Positions 52,683-64,000 of a stretch of DNA of 64,000 nucleotides are shown here, one piece after another. The DNA is from an uncultured Candidatus Saccharibacteria bacterium. Its GTDB lineage: Bacteria; Patescibacteriota; Saccharimonadia; Saccharimonadales; AWTP1-31. Location: positions 189,226-253,225 of the forward strand of contig CAZVTA010000001.1 in assembly GCA_964629815.1 (NCBI GenBank). Direction: 5' to 3'. The notes under the pieces were generated by a model. That model searched no databases and was not told the DNA's origin. It worked only from the letters and a program-made list of their open reading frames with translations. The position numbers were made by a program, and so were the translations under genes. Each line of letters begins with the position of its first letter. Position 1 is the stretch's first letter.

Positions 52683-53036
52683 TTAATCTAGGGGAGATAA
52701 AGAAACTTCGCCAGACATGACAAAACGGGCAAAAGATAGTTCGCTGCCGGGATAAATTACCCTATCTGTTTTTACATCAAGTGCATCGCGTTCGTGAATA
52801 TACGGTTCACCGATGCGAATATCAGCGTTGTTGTACTTAATAATATCCGCAATTACGCCAGCTCGACAGTACTCGTCCATAGATGCCACTTCATCTGGAC
52901 GTGGGGTTCGCTGTAGCCATATTGGATTTCTGTCTGGGTTTAAAAAACTTTGGACAAAGCGGCGCATTCGCATTTTTTGCTGTTCTGTGTTGCCGAATAA
53001 ACCTTCGATTTGTTCGGGTGATACATAATTTGGCAT
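52683..53036 (-). CDS. Hypothetical protein (117 aa)
   Basis: ORF-track ORF with SD AAGGAA, directly after the tuf terminator. Confidence 0.5.
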   Translation of the reverse strand: MPNYVSPEQIEGLFGNTEQQKMRMRRFVQSFLNPDRNPIWLQRTPRPDEVASMDEYCRAGVIADIIKYNNADIRIGEPYIHERDALDVKTDRVIYPGSELSFARFVMSGEVSLSPLD

Positions 53037-53050
53037 AGTAATTCCTTGTT

Positions 53051-53086
53051 ATAAAAACATACGCCCCGATGAGTGCATCAGGGCGC
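53051..53086 (-). terminator. Rho-independent terminator after tuf
   Basis: Minus strand GCGCCCTGAT-GCACTC-ATCGGGGCGT followed by ATGTTTTTAT. Confidence 0.75.
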
Positions 53087-53109
53087 AGTGTTCCTAGGAC
53101 AGTCTGTCC

Positions 53110-54294
53110 TTATTTGTTGATCTTGGTTACAACACCAGCACCAACGGTTCGGCCACCTTCACGGATAGCAAAGCGTAGACCTTGTTCCATGGCGATTGGT
53201 GCAAGCAGTTTTACCTTAAAGGTAATTGTGTCACCTGGCATAACCATTTCTTTGTCTGCTGGAAGTTCAACTTCACCAGTTACGTCCGTAGTACGGAAGT
53301 AGAACTGTGGCTTGTATCCCTTGAAGAATGGAGTGTGTCGACCACCTTCTTCTTTAGTAAGGATATAAACTTCAGCGTCAAATTCGGTGTGTGGTGTGAT
53401 GGTACCTGGCTTAGCAAGAACCTGACCACGTTCGATGTCGTCGCGTTCGATACCTCGAAGCAATACACCAGCGTTGTCGCCAGCTTGACCTTGGTCAAGT
53501 TGCTTCTTGAAGGCTTCGATACCAGTTACAACAGATTTCTGAGTGTCGCGGATACCAACGATTTCAACTTCGTCGTTTAGCTTAACAACACCAGATTCAA
53601 CACGACCAGTGGCAACCGTACCACGACCTTTAATGCTGAAGACGTCTTCGATAGGCATAAGGAATGGCTTGTCAAGGTCGCGCTTTGGTTCTGGAATGTA
53701 ATCATCCATAGCTTTTACGAGTTCCATGATTGCATCTTCGTCAGCAGCGTTGCCTTCGAGTGCTTTTGCAGCAGAGCCCTTAACAATTGGTGCATTCTCG
53801 TCGAATTCGTACTTAGCGAGGAGTTCGCGGATGTCCATTTCAACAAGCTCGACGAGCTCTGGATCTGCAAGATCCATCTTGTTCATGAATACGATGATGC
53901 TTGGTACACCAACCTGCTTTGCAAGCAGAACGTGTTCGCGTGTCTGAGGCATAGGGCCGTCAGCTGCAGATACTACCAAAATTGCACCATCAACCTGTGC
54001 AGCACCGGTAATCATGTTCTTAACATAGTCGGCGTGACCTGGCATGTCCACGTGAGCGTAGTGTCGCTTTTCGCTTTCATACTCTTGGTGAGAGGTAGCA
54101 ATGGTAATACCACGTGCTTTTTCTTCTGGTGCATTGTCGATTTGGTCGTATGCAACAGGCTTGTTAACTGCGCTTGGAAGTTTTTTCGCCAATACTGCAG
54201 TAATTGCAGCAGTAAGTGTAGTTTTACCGTGGTCAACGTGTCCCATGGTACCAACATTTACGTGTGGCTTACTTCGGTCAAAGTTGTCTGCCAT
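53110..54294 (-). CDS. tuf: Elongation factor Tu
   Basis: 394 aa; [18 protein letters not shown] and NKMD. Confidence 0.98.
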   Translation of the reverse strand: MADNFDRSKPHVNVGTMGHVDHGKTTLTAAITAVLAKKLPSAVNKPVAYDQIDNAPEEKARGITIATSHQEYESEKRHYAHVDMPGHADYVKNMITGAAQVDGAILVVSAADGPMPQTREHVLLAKQVGVPSIIVFMNKMDLADPELVELVEMDIRELLAKYEFDENAPIVKGSAAKALEGNAADEDAIMELVKAMDDYIPEPKRDLDKPFLMPIEDVFSIKGRGTVATGRVESGVVKLNDEVEIVGIRDTQKSVVTGIEAFKKQLDQGQAGDNAGVLLRGIERDDIERGQVLAKPGTITPHTEFDAEVYILTKEEGGRHTPFFKGYKPQFYFRTTDVTGEVELPADKEMVMPGDTITFKVKLLAPIAMEQGLRFAIREGGRTVGAGVVTKINK

Positions 54295-54364
54295 AAATTG
54301 TTTTACTCCTATTGTTACTTATTTAAGCATGAGGTAATTTACCTCACACGAGTTACAAGAAAAA

Positions 54365-54393
54365 ATTATAGTGTATCTACCGATGTTTGTAAA
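54365..54393 (-). promoter_or_regulatory. Near-consensus promoter TTTACA-N17-TATAAT upstream of tuf
   Basis: Motif reading. The ~70-nt leader contains the palindrome TGAGGTA-AAT-TACCTCA and SD AGGAG. Confidence 0.6.
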
Positions 54394-54438
54394 GCGTTAG
54401 TCTTTCTGTTTCTTGACGTGGCGGAATGTCATAGTAGC

Positions 54439-55086
54439 CTAGAGGTTGTCGCGGGCAAAACGGAGTTGATCGAAGAATGCATCGTCTCTATGTGGTGTAT
54501 CGCCGTAGTGCGGTATATATTGTTCAAGAATAGTTTTAGGGCTATCGACTATAGTGTTTGAAATGCCGTAGTCTAGATGGCAATTCATATAATGCCCAAA
54601 ATAGGCGACATACACTTCGCTTGGTTCTTCACTGACCACCGCGGGTCGCATTACAATGTCTGGGTTAATAGGGTAGTCAAATGTAATGGTTTTTGAAAGC
54701 ACAAGGGTTAAGTAGCCTGCGCATGACGTCACCTTGAAGCGAAGTGGTGTTGGTTCTGTTTTACTAGACTCAGGGCTAACACCTAGGCGTGCATATGTTT
54801 GAGGTAAACCCTCTCTAAAATCATATGCAATTACTCGACTATAGTTATGCTTAAAGCGCTCTGTTAATGTATCAACAAGCTCTGCTGCGGGTTCTTCCTT
54901 TTCCTGACCGGACAAAACTGCTTCTTTGAATTCTCGTGCGTTTGCGGCGTAGCCGCCCATTGCTATAATCGCCAATCTTTGCTCTTGTGCAAGTTGCGCT
55001 ATTTCTTCGCGTTGACTATATCTGATGCTTTCTCGTTCTCTTTGTATTTGCTCTATCGATCTAGGTTCTGTCTTGGTTGTTGCCAT
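54439..55086 (-). CDS. Hypothetical protein (215 aa)
   Basis: ORF-track ORF between fusA and tuf. No family recognised. Confidence 0.55.
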   Translation of the reverse strand: MATTKTEPRSIEQIQRERESIRYSQREEIAQLAQEQRLAIIAMGGYAANAREFKEAVLSGQEKEEPAAELVDTLTERFKHNYSRVIAYDFREGLPQTYARLGVSPESSKTEPTPLRFKVTSCAGYLTLVLSKTITFDYPINPDIVMRPAVVSEEPSEVYVAYFGHYMNCHLDYGISNTIVDSPKTILEQYIPHYGDTPHRDDAFFDQLRFARDNL

Positions 55087-55095
55087 GACGCTAGC

Positions 55096-55404
55096 TTATC
55101 CTTCTACTTCCACAAATGCTCTTAGCGGCTCTTCTGGGTTTTGGCGTGCTGCAAGCTCTTCAGGAGTAAAGTAGTGGATAGTCATTTGCTTACCTTCAAT
55201 ACCACAGATATCTGTTGCGCTACCATCGTCAAGGCATCGAAGTAGTCCTGGGCGTATTTCTAGTCTACCGTGCTCTTCATCCTTTGCGCCTTGGCTGGCA
55301 AAGAGTGTCATAGCATCTGCTGCACGTCTGTACCGTCCGCACTGTATTTTGCACCAATCAGATGTTTCGTCGACAAATGCTGCAGTTGGTTGTTTTTCTG
55401 CCAT
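55096..55404 (-). CDS. Hypothetical Cys-containing acidic protein (102 aa)
   Basis: ORF-track ORF with SD AAGGGAG. Confidence 0.5.
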   Translation of the reverse strand: MAEKQPTAAFVDETSDWCKIQCGRYRRAADAMTLFASQGAKDEEHGRLEIRPGLLRCLDDGSATDICGIEGKQMTIHYFTPEELAARQNPEEPLRAFVEVEG

Positions 55405-55477
55405 AATATAGCTCCCTTAATTTTTCTACTGTACAAGATATGTCAGTGAGAGTAAAGGTTCGTGAACAGGGTTGCTA

Positions 55478-57562
55478 TTATTTGGCGTTTTTGGCAATGA
55501 TTGCTTCGGTAACGTTGTTTGGAACATCGGCGTAGTGGTCGAGCTCCATACTGCTACTTGCGCGACCTTGTGTCATAGAACGAAGGTTGGTTGTGTATCC
55601 AAACATCTCGCCAAGCGGTACAAAGGCGGTAATTTCTTTGATGCCGGCTTGCAAGTCTTCCATGCTTTCGATGCGTCCACGCTTACTGTTGAGATCACCA
55701 ATCACGTCACCCATGAATTCTTCAGGTGTAACAACTACGACTTTCATGACAGGTTCAAGGAGTACCGGAGCGGCTTTCTTTACGCCGTCTTGTAGTGCCA
55801 TAGAGCCAGCAATTTTGAAGGCCATTTCGCTGGAGTCAACTTCGTGGTAGCTACCGTCGTACAGTTCGGCTTTAATGTCCACGACTGGGTAGCCAGCAAG
55901 CACACCGTTGTTCATCGCTTCGATAACACCTTGCTCTACTGGTTTGATGTATTCGCCAGGAACTACACCACCCTTGATAGAGTTGATGAATTCGAAACCT
56001 TTGCCAGCTTCGTTTTGACTGAGGCGAAGCCATACGTCGCCGTATTGACCACGTCCACCACTCTGGCGAACAAACTTACCTTGTACTTCGACATCATCTT
56101 TACGGATAGTTTCGCGGTAAGCAACCTGTGGCTGGCCAATGTTTGCTTCGACATTGAACTCGCGCTTCATGCGGTCTACAAGAATTTCGAGGTGAAGCTC
56201 ACCCATACCGCTAATAATGGTTTGGCCGGTTTCATCGTCGACCTTAACACGGAATGTTGGGTCTTCTTCTGCAAGTCGTTGCAGTGCAAGGCTCATCTTT
56301 TCTTGGTCGGCCTTTGTTTTAGGCTCAATAGCGATACTTACTGGCGGTTCTGGGAAGGTTATGGACTCAAGAACGATAGGACTGTTAGGGTCGCACAATG
56401 TGTTACCGGTGGTTGTGCCTTTTAGGCCAACGATAGCAGCGATGTCACCGGCACCTACTTCAGTAACGTCTTCGCGCTTGTCGGCTTGCATACGTACGAT
56501 ACGGCCAACACGTTCTTTTTCACCGGTAGAGCTGTTAAGAATGTAGCTACCAGCCTGGAGTTTGCCAGAGTATACGCGGAAATAAGCAAGCTTACCAACA
56601 AATGGGTCAGTTGCAATCTTGAACGCAAGACCAGCAAAGTTTTCGCTTTCGTCTGGCTTTCGTTCGATTTCGTCGCCAGTCTTTGGATGAGTGCCCCATG
56701 TGCTACCGCGGTCGAGTGGGCTTGGTAGGAGCTCGACAACAAGGTCGAGAACTTTTTCTACGATAACACCACGTCCGTCACCACCTGTTACGGCATAGAA
56801 ATTACCAGAAAGGATCGCGCTGCGGATAGCTTGCTTGATTTCGTCTTCAGTTAAACCTTCTTCGCCCACTTCAAAGTATTTTTCGAGCATAGCTTCGTCT
56901 TCGGCAACGGCATTTTCAATCAAGAGGCTACGATATTTCTTTACTTGATCAAGCATATCGGCAGGCACTTCACCTTCGATAAGTGCTTTGTCGGTAAACT
57001 CTGTGTAGGTGTAGGCCTTCATGGTTACAAGGTCTACAACACCATTGATACCTTGTTCAAAGCCAATTGGTAGGTGAATAGGAAATGCTCGTTTGCTGAG
57101 GCGGTTATGGATAGAGTCGAGCGACTTGTAAAAGTCTCCGCCGGTTTGGTTGATTTTGTTGATAAAACAGATACGAGGTACGTTGTACTTGTCTGCCTGG
57201 CGCCAAACTGTTTCTGACTGGCTTTCTACACCCATTTTTCCATCGAAGACAACAACAGCACCGTCGAGTACGCGCAAGCTTCGTTCTACCTCTACGGTAA
57301 AGTCGATGTGGCCTGGTGTGTCGATAATGTTGATTTGATGGTCTTTCCAATAGCAAGAAACCGCAGCAGATACAATGGTAATACCGCGTTCTCGCTCTTG
57401 TGCCATCCAGTCGGTTGTGGTTTCGCCCTCGTGTACGGCACCGATTTTGTGCTTTAGACCGGTTCGGTACAAAATACCTTCGGTTGTGGTGGTCTTGCCT
57501 GCGTCGATGTGGGCAATAATACCGATGTTACGTAATTTGTCGAGTGTATATTTCTTTGCCAT
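55478..57562 (-). CDS. fusA: Elongation factor G
   Basis: 694 aa; [20 protein letters not shown] and NKIN. Confidence 0.98.
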   Translation of the reverse strand: MAKKYTLDKLRNIGIIAHIDAGKTTTTEGILYRTGLKHKIGAVHEGETTTDWMAQERERGITIVSAAVSCYWKDHQINIIDTPGHIDFTVEVERSLRVLDGAVVVFDGKMGVESQSETVWRQADKYNVPRICFINKINQTGGDFYKSLDSIHNRLSKRAFPIHLPIGFEQGINGVVDLVTMKAYTYTEFTDKALIEGEVPADMLDQVKKYRSLLIENAVAEDEAMLEKYFEVGEEGLTEDEIKQAIRSAILSGNFYAVTGGDGRGVIVEKVLDLVVELLPSPLDRGSTWGTHPKTGDEIERKPDESENFAGLAFKIATDPFVGKLAYFRVYSGKLQAGSYILNSSTGEKERVGRIVRMQADKREDVTEVGAGDIAAIVGLKGTTTGNTLCDPNSPIVLESITFPEPPVSIAIEPKTKADQEKMSLALQRLAEEDPTFRVKVDDETGQTIISGMGELHLEILVDRMKREFNVEANIGQPQVAYRETIRKDDVEVQGKFVRQSGGRGQYGDVWLRLSQNEAGKGFEFINSIKGGVVPGEYIKPVEQGVIEAMNNGVLAGYPVVDIKAELYDGSYHEVDSSEMAFKIAGSMALQDGVKKAAPVLLEPVMKVVVVTPEEFMGDVIGDLNSKRGRIESMEDLQAGIKEITAFVPLGEMFGYTTNLRSMTQGRASSSMELDHYADVPNNVTEAIIAKNAK

Positions 57563-57579
57563 TGCTATCCTTCGTTATT

Positions 57580-57933
57580 TTAGATTGGTCTTATGATGCC
57601 ACTACTTGTACGACCTTGTTCTCTGCACTTGATTACCACATTGTCCCCCCAAGCGTCTACTCGTTGCACAGTGGACCATGCAACATCTTCAATTTTACTG
57701 CTTGACGGTGGTGGCATACCTTTGCTCATAATTGGGCCACCTGAACAAGATTTAGGTATTCTACCTGTGTCTATATGCTCTTCAATCACATCCAGAAGTG
57801 TAATTTCCTCATTATTCAATCCTGTGCGCAAAACAAATTCTGCGGCACAGCTTTGTAATCCTGGGCATTTAGACATGCATTCTAAACTAAACTGAGGTCT
57901 TTGGTTGTCAGAGTTAGGTAGAGCCTCGGGCAT
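57580..57933 (-). CDS. Hypothetical Cys-rich protein (117 aa) between rpsG and fusA
   Basis: ORF-track ORF starting 4 nt after the rpsG stop and ending 17 nt before the fusA start. Seven Cys residues. Confidence 0.5.
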   Translation of the reverse strand: MPEALPNSDNQRPQFSLECMSKCPGLQSCAAEFVLRTGLNNEEITLLDVIEEHIDTGRIPKSCSGGPIMSKGMPPPSSSKIEDVAWSTVQRVDAWGDNVVIKCREQGRTSSGIIRPI

Positions 57934-57936
57934 GAT

Positions 57937-58416
57937 TTAGTACCGTGCGAAGTGGGCAAATGCTCGGTTGGCTTCTGCCATCTTATGGGTATCTTCTTTT
58001 TTCTTGACTGCAGTACCGGTGTTGTTGAATGCATCAACAAGCTCTGCTGCAAGGCGATCTTCCATGCTCATGCCTTTGCGGGCACGTGCAGCCTGCACAA
58101 ACCACATAATGGTAAGGTGGTTTTGTCGCTGGCCTTTTACTTCGAAAGGAATTTGGTAGTTTGCACCACCAACACGACGAGAGCGAGTCTCTACCTGTGG
58201 TTGGATATTCTTGATAGCCTGCTCGAATACCTCGAGTGGGTTGTCTACTTTAAGTTTTTTAGCAGCCTTCTGCATACCGCCATACACCAGTCGTTCTGCA
58301 AGCTGTTTTTTACCATCAAGCATAACGCGGTTAATGACCTTTTGTACCATCACGTTGTTGTACATACGGTCTGGTTGAATGTCTCGAACGAGAGCTTTGG
58401 TTACTTTACGTGGCAT
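57937..58416 (-). CDS. rpsG: 30S ribosomal protein uS7
   Basis: 159 aa; [16 protein letters not shown] and RVGGANYQIP. Confidence 0.97.
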   Translation of the reverse strand: MPRKVTKALVRDIQPDRMYNNVMVQKVINRVMLDGKKQLAERLVYGGMQKAAKKLKVDNPLEVFEQAIKNIQPQVETRSRRVGGANYQIPFEVKGQRQNHLTIMWFVQAARARKGMSMEDRLAAELVDAFNNTGTAVKKKEDTHKMAEANRAFAHFARY

Positions 58417-58829
58417 TATTTACTCTCCTTCTTGGTACCGTACTTACTGCGACCACGTTTGCGGTCGTTTACGCCCTGAAGGTCGAGGCTACCACGAACA
58501 ATGTGGTATCGAACACCTGGAAGGTCTTTGACGCGTCCACCACGAACGAGCACTACGGCGTGTTCTTGTAGGTTGTGGCCTTCGCCTCCAATGTACGCCC
58601 ATACTTCGTAGCCATTGCTGAGGCGAACACGAGCAACTTTACGAAGTGCTGAGTTAGGTTTCTTTGGAGTCTTGGTAGTCACTTTTACACATACTCCACG
58701 CTTAAATGGAGCTGGTTTCTCGTAGTTACGAGTTTTGAGGTTGTTTACCACGCGCTGCATAGCTGGTGACTTACTTTTGCTGGTCACCTTGACACGTGGC
58801 TTACGAACCAATTGATTTACTGTAGGCAT
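58416..58829 (-). CDS. rpsL: 30S ribosomal protein uS12
   Basis: 137 aa; [12 protein letters not shown] and [16 protein letters not shown]. Confidence 0.97.
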   Translation of the reverse strand: MPTVNQLVRKPRVKVTSKSKSPAMQRVVNNLKTRNYEKPAPFKRGVCVKVTTKTPKKPNSALRKVARVRLSNGYEVWAYIGGEGHNLQEHAVVLVRGGRVKDLPGVRYHIVRGSLDLQGVNDRKRGRSKYGTKKESK

Positions 58830-58951
58830 AGAATACTTCGATTTATCCTTACTTAATTACTAAATCCCGAGCTGTTTCTTCTCTGGAACAGCACTCCGAG
58901 AGAAGAAATGTCGGCTTAAAAGTGAAACTCTTCTAACGAATTGTAACAGAT

Positions 58952-61900
58952 TTACTCCTCTGTTGCAACATCCTCATCGGTTTGCTCGGCAACCACACCA
59001 GTACCTACTGGAATACGTCGTCCAAGGATAACGTTTTCTTTGAGGCCAAACAGGTTGTCGATCTTACCGCTGGTAGCTGCGCTGATGAGTACACGGGTTG
59101 TGTCCTGGAAGCTTGCAGCACTCAGGAACGAGTCGGTAGACAATGATGCTTTGGTAATACCAAGGAGGAGCTGACTGTATTTAGCTGGCTCTAGACCTTT
59201 GCCGGTAAGTGTATCGTTAGCCTCTACAACCGCGAGTTTGCTAACAATATCGCCGGTAACAAATTCGCTATCACCTGCATCTTCTATCTGTACACGACTA
59301 AACATCTGTCGAACGATGAGTTCGAGGTGCTTGTCTGCAATGTTCTGTCCTTGGCTTGCAAAGATGCGCAAGATTTCGTTCATGATGTAGCGCTGCGTAG
59401 CTTCTACACCCTGAAGGTCCATGAGCTCGTGCAGGTTGATAGAACCGTTTGTAAGGCGCTGTCCTGCAACAACTTTGTCGCCGTCTTTAACGACAACTTG
59501 CTTGTACGATGGAATTTCGTACTTAATGGCACTTTGTTTGGTCGGAACAATGATGACCGCTTTTTTGCTGACCTCTGCCTTACCGGCGATTGGTGCAATG
59601 AGTGGGTCTGCGCCCTCTTCGTTTGATGCAACAACATCACCGATAGCTACGTCGCTACCACTCTTGATTTTTGCAGTGCGTTCGCCAAGCGCTAGCTCGA
59701 CTTTTGCACCCTCGTCGGCAGTTACTTGTACCACTTGCTTATCGCCATCTTCCCATACGTTAACGGTACCGTCGATCTGAGAAAGATACGCCTGACCTTT
59801 TGGTGTGCGTACTTCAAACAATTCTTCGACACGTGGGAGACCGGTTGTAATGTCGGCACCTGCAACACCACCGGAGTGGAAGGTACGTAGGGTTAGCTGT
59901 GTACCTGGCTCGCCAATACTTTGTGCAGCAATAACGCCTACTGGGTGGAATGGCGCTACAAGACGACCAGTTGCTGGGTCAAGACCGTAAGACTTGCGGC
60001 TTACGCCTCGTACACTGGTACAGCTGAGTGCGCTCATGATGCGTACGCCATCGAGTTTTTCGTCTTTTTCAATTGCTTCTGCAATATCTTGGGTGATGAG
60101 CTCGTGCTTCTTAACGAGTTTAGCTATATCTTCTGCGGCGAAACGTCCGACAAGACGAGATGCGTAACTTACGCCAATTTCGTCAGCATCTGCGCGGTAA
60201 ATTGCAAAGCCGGGGTCTTCTACATCCTCGTCAAGTGTAAATACATCTTGGCTCACGTCTACAAGACGACGAGTAAGGTAACCAGAGTCGGCAGTCTTTA
60301 GTGCGGTATCGATCATACCCTTACGCGCACCACGAGTTGCTGTAAAGTATTCGAGTGGTTTTAGACCACCTTTATAGTTCGAACGGATAGGGAGCTCGAT
60401 TGGCTTACCGGTAGCGTCGGTGGTTACACCAAGCATACCAACAGCGGTCATAACCTGACCAATGTTACCACGGGCACCAGATACAACAGCTGTAGACATA
60501 GAACTGTCTTCGTGCACGAATTGCTCACTGAGTGCTGTTTGCACTTCGTTCGCAACATCTTGCCAGTTTTCAACGGTCAGACGGTAGCGTTCGTCGTCGG
60601 TGATGAAGCCTTCGTCGTACTGTTCGCTAATTTTCTTTGATTTTTCTTCACCCTTTTCTAGCAGTTCAAGCAAGGTTGGTAGCTCGCTAAAGTCGTCCAT
60701 ACCAAGGCTGAGACCAGATTTGGTTGCGTAGTGGAAACCAATGTCCTTAAGGTCATCGGCGATACGTGCCGTAACGTCTTGACCGTATTGCGTATAAGCC
60801 GCAGCCATGACTTGCTGTAGTTTCTTTTTGGTCATTGCTTCATTTTGGAACGCGAAGTCTTCGGGGAAGATTTCGTTGAAGAGTACGCGACCGAGGGTGG
60901 TTGTTACTCGTTGACCGCGGAAATTAAGTACCACAGGACTCTGAAGCTTGATTGATTCTTCATCGAACGCTTGAATAGCTTCTTCGATATTCATGAATGC
61001 GGATGGCTTGCCATCGAGGCCTGGACGTTCGTAGGTAAGGTAGTAACAGCCAAGCACAATATCTTGCTCAATGTGCAGAATTGGTGAACCATCTGCAGGT
61101 TTGAGGAGGTTGTGGTTTGCGGCCATAATTTCGCGCGCTTCTTCTTGTGCACGATCGCTAAGCGGAAGGTGCACAGCCATCTGGTCACCGTCGAAGTCGG
61201 CGTTGAAACCTTTACAGACAAGTGGGTGTAGCTGAATGGCTTTGCCCTCAATAAGTACTGGCTGAAATGCCTGGATACTCAATCGGTGAAGACTTGGTGC
61301 ACGGTTCAGAAGTACGTATTTACCCTTAATCACTTCGTCGAGTGCGTCCCAAACAGCAGTTTCGTTCGCTTCGATCATGCGTGTTGCAGAGCGAATGTTG
61401 TGTGCAAATTCTTTTTCAATGAGATGACCAATTACGAAAGGTTTGAAGAGTTCAAGAGCCATCATCTTCGGAAGGCCACATTGAGTAATTTTGAGCTCTG
61501 GACCAGCAACAATTACCGAACGGCCAGAGTAGTCGACACGCTTACCAAGCAAGTTTTGTCGGAATCGACCTTGCTTACCTTTTAGCATGTCGCTGAGTGA
61601 CTTGAGGCGGCGGCGCTGACCAGTTGCGGCAACAGCTCGGCCAGAACGAGCATTGTTGTTATCGATGAGTGCATCGACGGCTTCTTGAAGCATACGCTGC
61701 TCGTTACGGCGAATAACTTCTGGTGCGTTAAGGTCAATCAACTTCTTAAGACGGTTGTTTCGGTTAATGACGCGTCGGTATAGGTCGTTGAGGTCGCTTG
61801 TTGCAAAGCGTCCACCGGTAAGCTGAACCATAGGACGAAGATCTGGAGGAATGACTGGAAGTACACTCACACAAAGGCTGCCTGGTGTAATGCCTGCACG

Positions 61901-62752
61901 CTCCATGCTCTCGAGCAAGCGAAGTCGCTTCATGATCTTCTTTTTACGCTGTCCTTTTGCTTCGTCGGCCTCTTTACTGAGGTCGTTAATAAGCTTGCTA
62001 AGGTCAACTTTATCGAGAAGATCTTTGAGTGCCTCACCACCCATACCTACGGTAATGAGTTCACGAAGTTCTTTTGGTAGGTTACGGTAGTCGGTTTCGT
62101 TAATGAGTCGAAGTTCTTCAAGACTTTCGAGCTGTTCTTTAATCTGTTCGTAATCAACAGTCAGTTCTTCGAGTTCTTTTGTTTGAGCTTCTGCAAGTGC
62201 CTTTACATCTGCGCCATCTGCTTTTGCTTCGTTTTCGTAGCGAAGTTTGATTGCTTCTTTTGCAGCATTGAATTCTGCTTCTTTGTCTGCAAGCATTTGA
62301 TCGCGTTTTTCAGTGTTGACTGACTTAATTGCGTAGCTTGCAAAGTATGCAATTCGCTCGAGGTTTTTTACGGTTAGGCCAAGAACAAGACCCATTGCGC
62401 TTGGTGTTCCTCGAAGGAACCAAATGTGCGCTACAGGAGTTGCAAGACTGATGTGACCCATACGTTCACGGCGAACGATAGATTTGGTTACAATCTCGCC
62501 GTTTTTATCGACAGCTGCTTCTCGTGAGCGTACACCCTTGAATTTAGCGTCGTGAGGGCTAATGTCTTTAACAGGTCCAAAAATTCTTTCACAGAATAGA
62601 CCGTCGCGTTCTGGTTTTTGTGTTCGGTAGTTGATTGTTTCTGGCTTGGTAACTTCACCATATGACCAGTCTAGAATATCTGCAGGACTGGCAACGGCCA
62701 ATCGGACTGCGTCAAAATCGGTAATATTTGTTCCGGATGAATAGCGGCGCAT
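58952..62752 (-). CDS. rpoC: DNA-directed RNA polymerase subunit beta'
   Basis: 1266 aa; [16 protein letters not shown] catalytic motif and trigger-loop region. Confidence 0.98.
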   Translation of the reverse strand: MRRYSSGTNITDFDAVRLAVASPADILDWSYGEVTKPETINYRTQKPERDGLFCERIFGPVKDISPHDAKFKGVRSREAAVDKNGEIVTKSIVRRERMGHISLATPVAHIWFLRGTPSAMGLVLGLTVKNLERIAYFASYAIKSVNTEKRDQMLADKEAEFNAAKEAIKLRYENEAKADGADVKALAEAQTKELEELTVDYEQIKEQLESLEELRLINETDYRNLPKELRELITVGMGGEALKDLLDKVDLSKLINDLSKEADEAKGQRKKKIMKRLRLLESMERAGITPGSLCVSVLPVIPPDLRPMVQLTGGRFATSDLNDLYRRVINRNNRLKKLIDLNAPEVIRRNEQRMLQEAVDALIDNNNARSGRAVAATGQRRRLKSLSDMLKGKQGRFRQNLLGKRVDYSGRSVIVAGPELKITQCGLPKMMALELFKPFVIGHLIEKEFAHNIRSATRMIEANETAVWDALDEVIKGKYVLLNRAPSLHRLSIQAFQPVLIEGKAIQLHPLVCKGFNADFDGDQMAVHLPLSDRAQEEAREIMAANHNLLKPADGSPILHIEQDIVLGCYYLTYERPGLDGKPSAFMNIEEAIQAFDEESIKLQSPVVLNFRGQRVTTTLGRVLFNEIFPEDFAFQNEAMTKKKLQQVMAAAYTQYGQDVTARIADDLKDIGFHYATKSGLSLGMDDFSELPTLLELLEKGEEKSKKISEQYDEGFITDDERYRLTVENWQDVANEVQTALSEQFVHEDSSMSTAVVSGARGNIGQVMTAVGMLGVTTDATGKPIELPIRSNYKGGLKPLEYFTATRGARKGMIDTALKTADSGYLTRRLVDVSQDVFTLDEDVEDPGFAIYRADADEIGVSYASRLVGRFAAEDIAKLVKKHELITQDIAEAIEKDEKLDGVRIMSALSCTSVRGVSRKSYGLDPATGRLVAPFHPVGVIAAQSIGEPGTQLTLRTFHSGGVAGADITTGLPRVEELFEVRTPKGQAYLSQIDGTVNVWEDGDKQVVQVTADEGAKVELALGERTAKIKSGSDVAIGDVVASNEEGADPLIAPIAGKAEVSKKAVIIVPTKQSAIKYEIPSYKQVVVKDGDKVVAGQRLTNGSINLHELMDLQGVEATQRYIMNEILRIFASQGQNIADKHLELIVRQMFSRVQIEDAGDSEFVTGDIVSKLAVVEANDTLTGKGLEPAKYSQLLLGITKASLSTDSFLSAASFQDTTRVLISAATSGKIDNLFGLKENVILGRRIPVGTGVVAEQTDEDVATEE

Positions 62753-64000
62753 TATTTGTCCTCCTTGTCTTCGAACTCGCTTGCAATGCTTTCTGAATCG
62801 GTAAGCGCACCAACAGTGCTTGTGTCTTCGTGAAGCGAATCATCGAGTTCCATTATTTCGAATTCGTCACCTAATGCATCTTCGGTTACATCTACTTGTG
62901 ATGCTTCTGGTGCAGGCACTTCTACGTCTGACTGATGTGCAGCTTCGTCTTTAATGACTGTTGCAAGTACATCTTCTGCGTCGATAATCTTATTCGACTT
63001 GCCTTCTACTAGGTCAACCTTCAGACCAAGACCTTGCAGTTCTTTTACCAGCACATTAAAGCTTTCTGGAACTTTTGGTCCAACGATTTCGGTGCCCTTA
63101 ATGATTGACTCATACGCCTTGCTTCGGCCGTATACATCATCTGACTTAATGGTAAGCATTTCTTGTAGCGTGTTCGACGCACCATATGCCTCGAGCGCCC
63201 ATACTTCCATTTCTCCAAAGCGCTGACCACCATTTTGTGCCTTTCCACCAAGTGGCTGCTGAGTAACCATAGTGTATGGTCCGGTAGATCGCGCATGAAT
63301 CTTGTCGGCGATCATGTGGTTCAGCTTAATCATGTACATAGAACCAACAGTTGTGCGTTCTTTGAATGCTTCGCCAGTGCGACCATCAAATAACTGTTGC
63401 TTGCCATCTTCTGGAAGCACAGCTTCTTTTAGGAGTTCTTTAATTTTTTCGGTAGTAACCCCGTCGAAAGATGGCGTAGCAACTGTCATGCCTAGTGCTT
63501 TTGCAGCCATACCAAGGTGAGTTTCAAACAACTGACCAACATTCATACGACTTGGGACACCCAATGGGTTGAGAATGATATCAACAGGAGTGCCGTCTTC
63601 CGTAAATGGCATATCTTCTACAGGCATAATACGGGCGATCACACCCTTGTTGCCGTGTCGTCCACCAAGTTTGTCGCCGACTGCAATTTTGCGCATTTGT
63701 GCAACAAAGATTTGGATTTGCATAATAACGCCTGCCTTGAGTTCGTGGCCATTCTCTCGCGAGAAGATCTTTACGCCGACAACTTTACCGTGCTTACCGT
63801 TACTCATGCGTTGAGAGGTGTCTCGTACTTCTTTGGCCTTTTCACCAAAGATAGCGCGTAGTAGTCGTTCTTCGCTGCTGAGCTCTTGTTCACCTTTTGG
63901 TGTAATCTTACCAACCAAGATATCACCCGGGTGTACTTCTGCGCCGATTCGGACAATACCGTCTTCGTCGAGATGTCGTAGTGATTCTTCTGATACGTTT
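62752..64000 (-). CDS. rpoB: DNA-directed RNA polymerase subunit beta, C-terminal part (continues past right edge)
   Basis: The frame stays open to position 64000 (own translation ...[37 protein letters not shown]), so the track start at 63918 is an internal TTG. Contains GGRHGNKGV and [18 protein letters not shown], and ends in an ~85-aa acidic tail. Confidence 0.97.
   Translation of the reverse strand, partial: NVSEESLRHLDEDGIVRIGAEVHPGDILVGKITPKGEQELSSEERLLRAIFGEKAKEVRDTSQRMSNGKHGKVVGVKIFSRENGHELKAGVIMQIQIFVAQMRKIAVGDKLGGRHGNKGVIARIMPVEDMPFTEDGTPVDIILNPLGVPSRMNVGQLFETHLGMAAKALGMTVATPSFDGVTTEKIKELLKEAVLPEDGKQQLFDGRTGEAFKERTTVGSMYMIKLNHMIADKIHARSTGPYTMVTQQPLGGKAQNGGQRFGEMEVWALEAYGASNTLQEMLTIKSDDVYGRSKAYESIIKGTEIVGPKVPESFNVLVKELQGLGLKVDLVEGKSNKIIDAEDVLATVIKDEAAHQSDVEVPAPEASQVDVTEDALGDEFEIMELDDSLHEDTSTVGALTDSESIASEFEDKEDK

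Noticed and set aside
53932-54561. 209-aa plus-strand ORF (plus others at 53182-53580 and 54101-54337) overlapping tuf
   Set aside because: It is antisense to an unmistakable EF-Tu gene and its product is Cys/Phe/Val-rich with no motifs. This is a typical shadow ORF in a codon-biased gene.
55844-56425. 193-aa plus-strand ORF antisense to fusA
   Set aside because: Shadow ORF inside EF-G with no independent start signals.

Overview
This window is a gene-dense, almost entirely minus-strand housekeeping region of a small-genome bacterium.

**Gene content, read along the minus strand:**
- rpoB (C-terminal part, runs off the right edge) and rpoC
- the str operon (rpsL-rpsG-fusA-tuf) and rpsJ
- the S10/spc/alpha ribosomal-protein operons (rplC through rplQ) and rplM-rpsI
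- a DAHP-synthase-like gene, trpS, an RluD-like gene and holB
- rpmG and inositol-3-phosphate synthase
- a cytoplasmic histidine kinase
- secE-nusG-rplK-rplA-rplJ-rplL, dnaX, dnaB
- the start of a GT-C type glycosyltransferase that runs off the left edge

Four tRNAs are present: Trp-CCA, Thr-TGT, Tyr-GTA and Thr-GGT. rpmJ (L36) is present but too short for the ORF track.

**Likely lineage (inference only).** uL30 is missing between rpsE and rplO, and adk/map are missing after secY. Together with the many ORFans this suggests a Patescibacteria/CPR, Saccharibacteria-like genome.

**Most notable observations:**
1. A plus-strand two-gene cassette beside tRNA-Trp (19033-20432) reads as a SLATT-like 2TM protein plus a SMODS-like nucleotidyltransferase, i.e. 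a minimal CBASS-like conflict system.
2. Five short ORFs below the ORF-track cutoff sit between a -10 box and a strong intrinsic terminator just upstream of a gene. Their codon content matches the downstream gene in two loci. A Pro-rich peptide precedes a glutamate-5-kinase-like gene. Two paralogous Trp/Tyr/Phe-rich peptides precede a DAHP-synthase-like gene and trpS. These are candidate leader-peptide attenuators.
3. In at least nine cases a -10 box lies 6-9 nt upstream of an ATG with no Shine-Dalgarno sequence, suggesting leaderless mRNAs.
4. About 20 family-less small ORFs, several with their own promoters, are wedged into junctions that are normally among the most conserved in bacteria: S7/fusA, fusA/tuf, tuf/S10, S10/L3, S17/L14, nusG/L11 and L11/L1.
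5. A thymidylate kinase-ThyX fusion lies next to dcd.

No CRISPR array, transposase, integrase or rRNA was seen. All family calls come from motif reading only; no searches were run.
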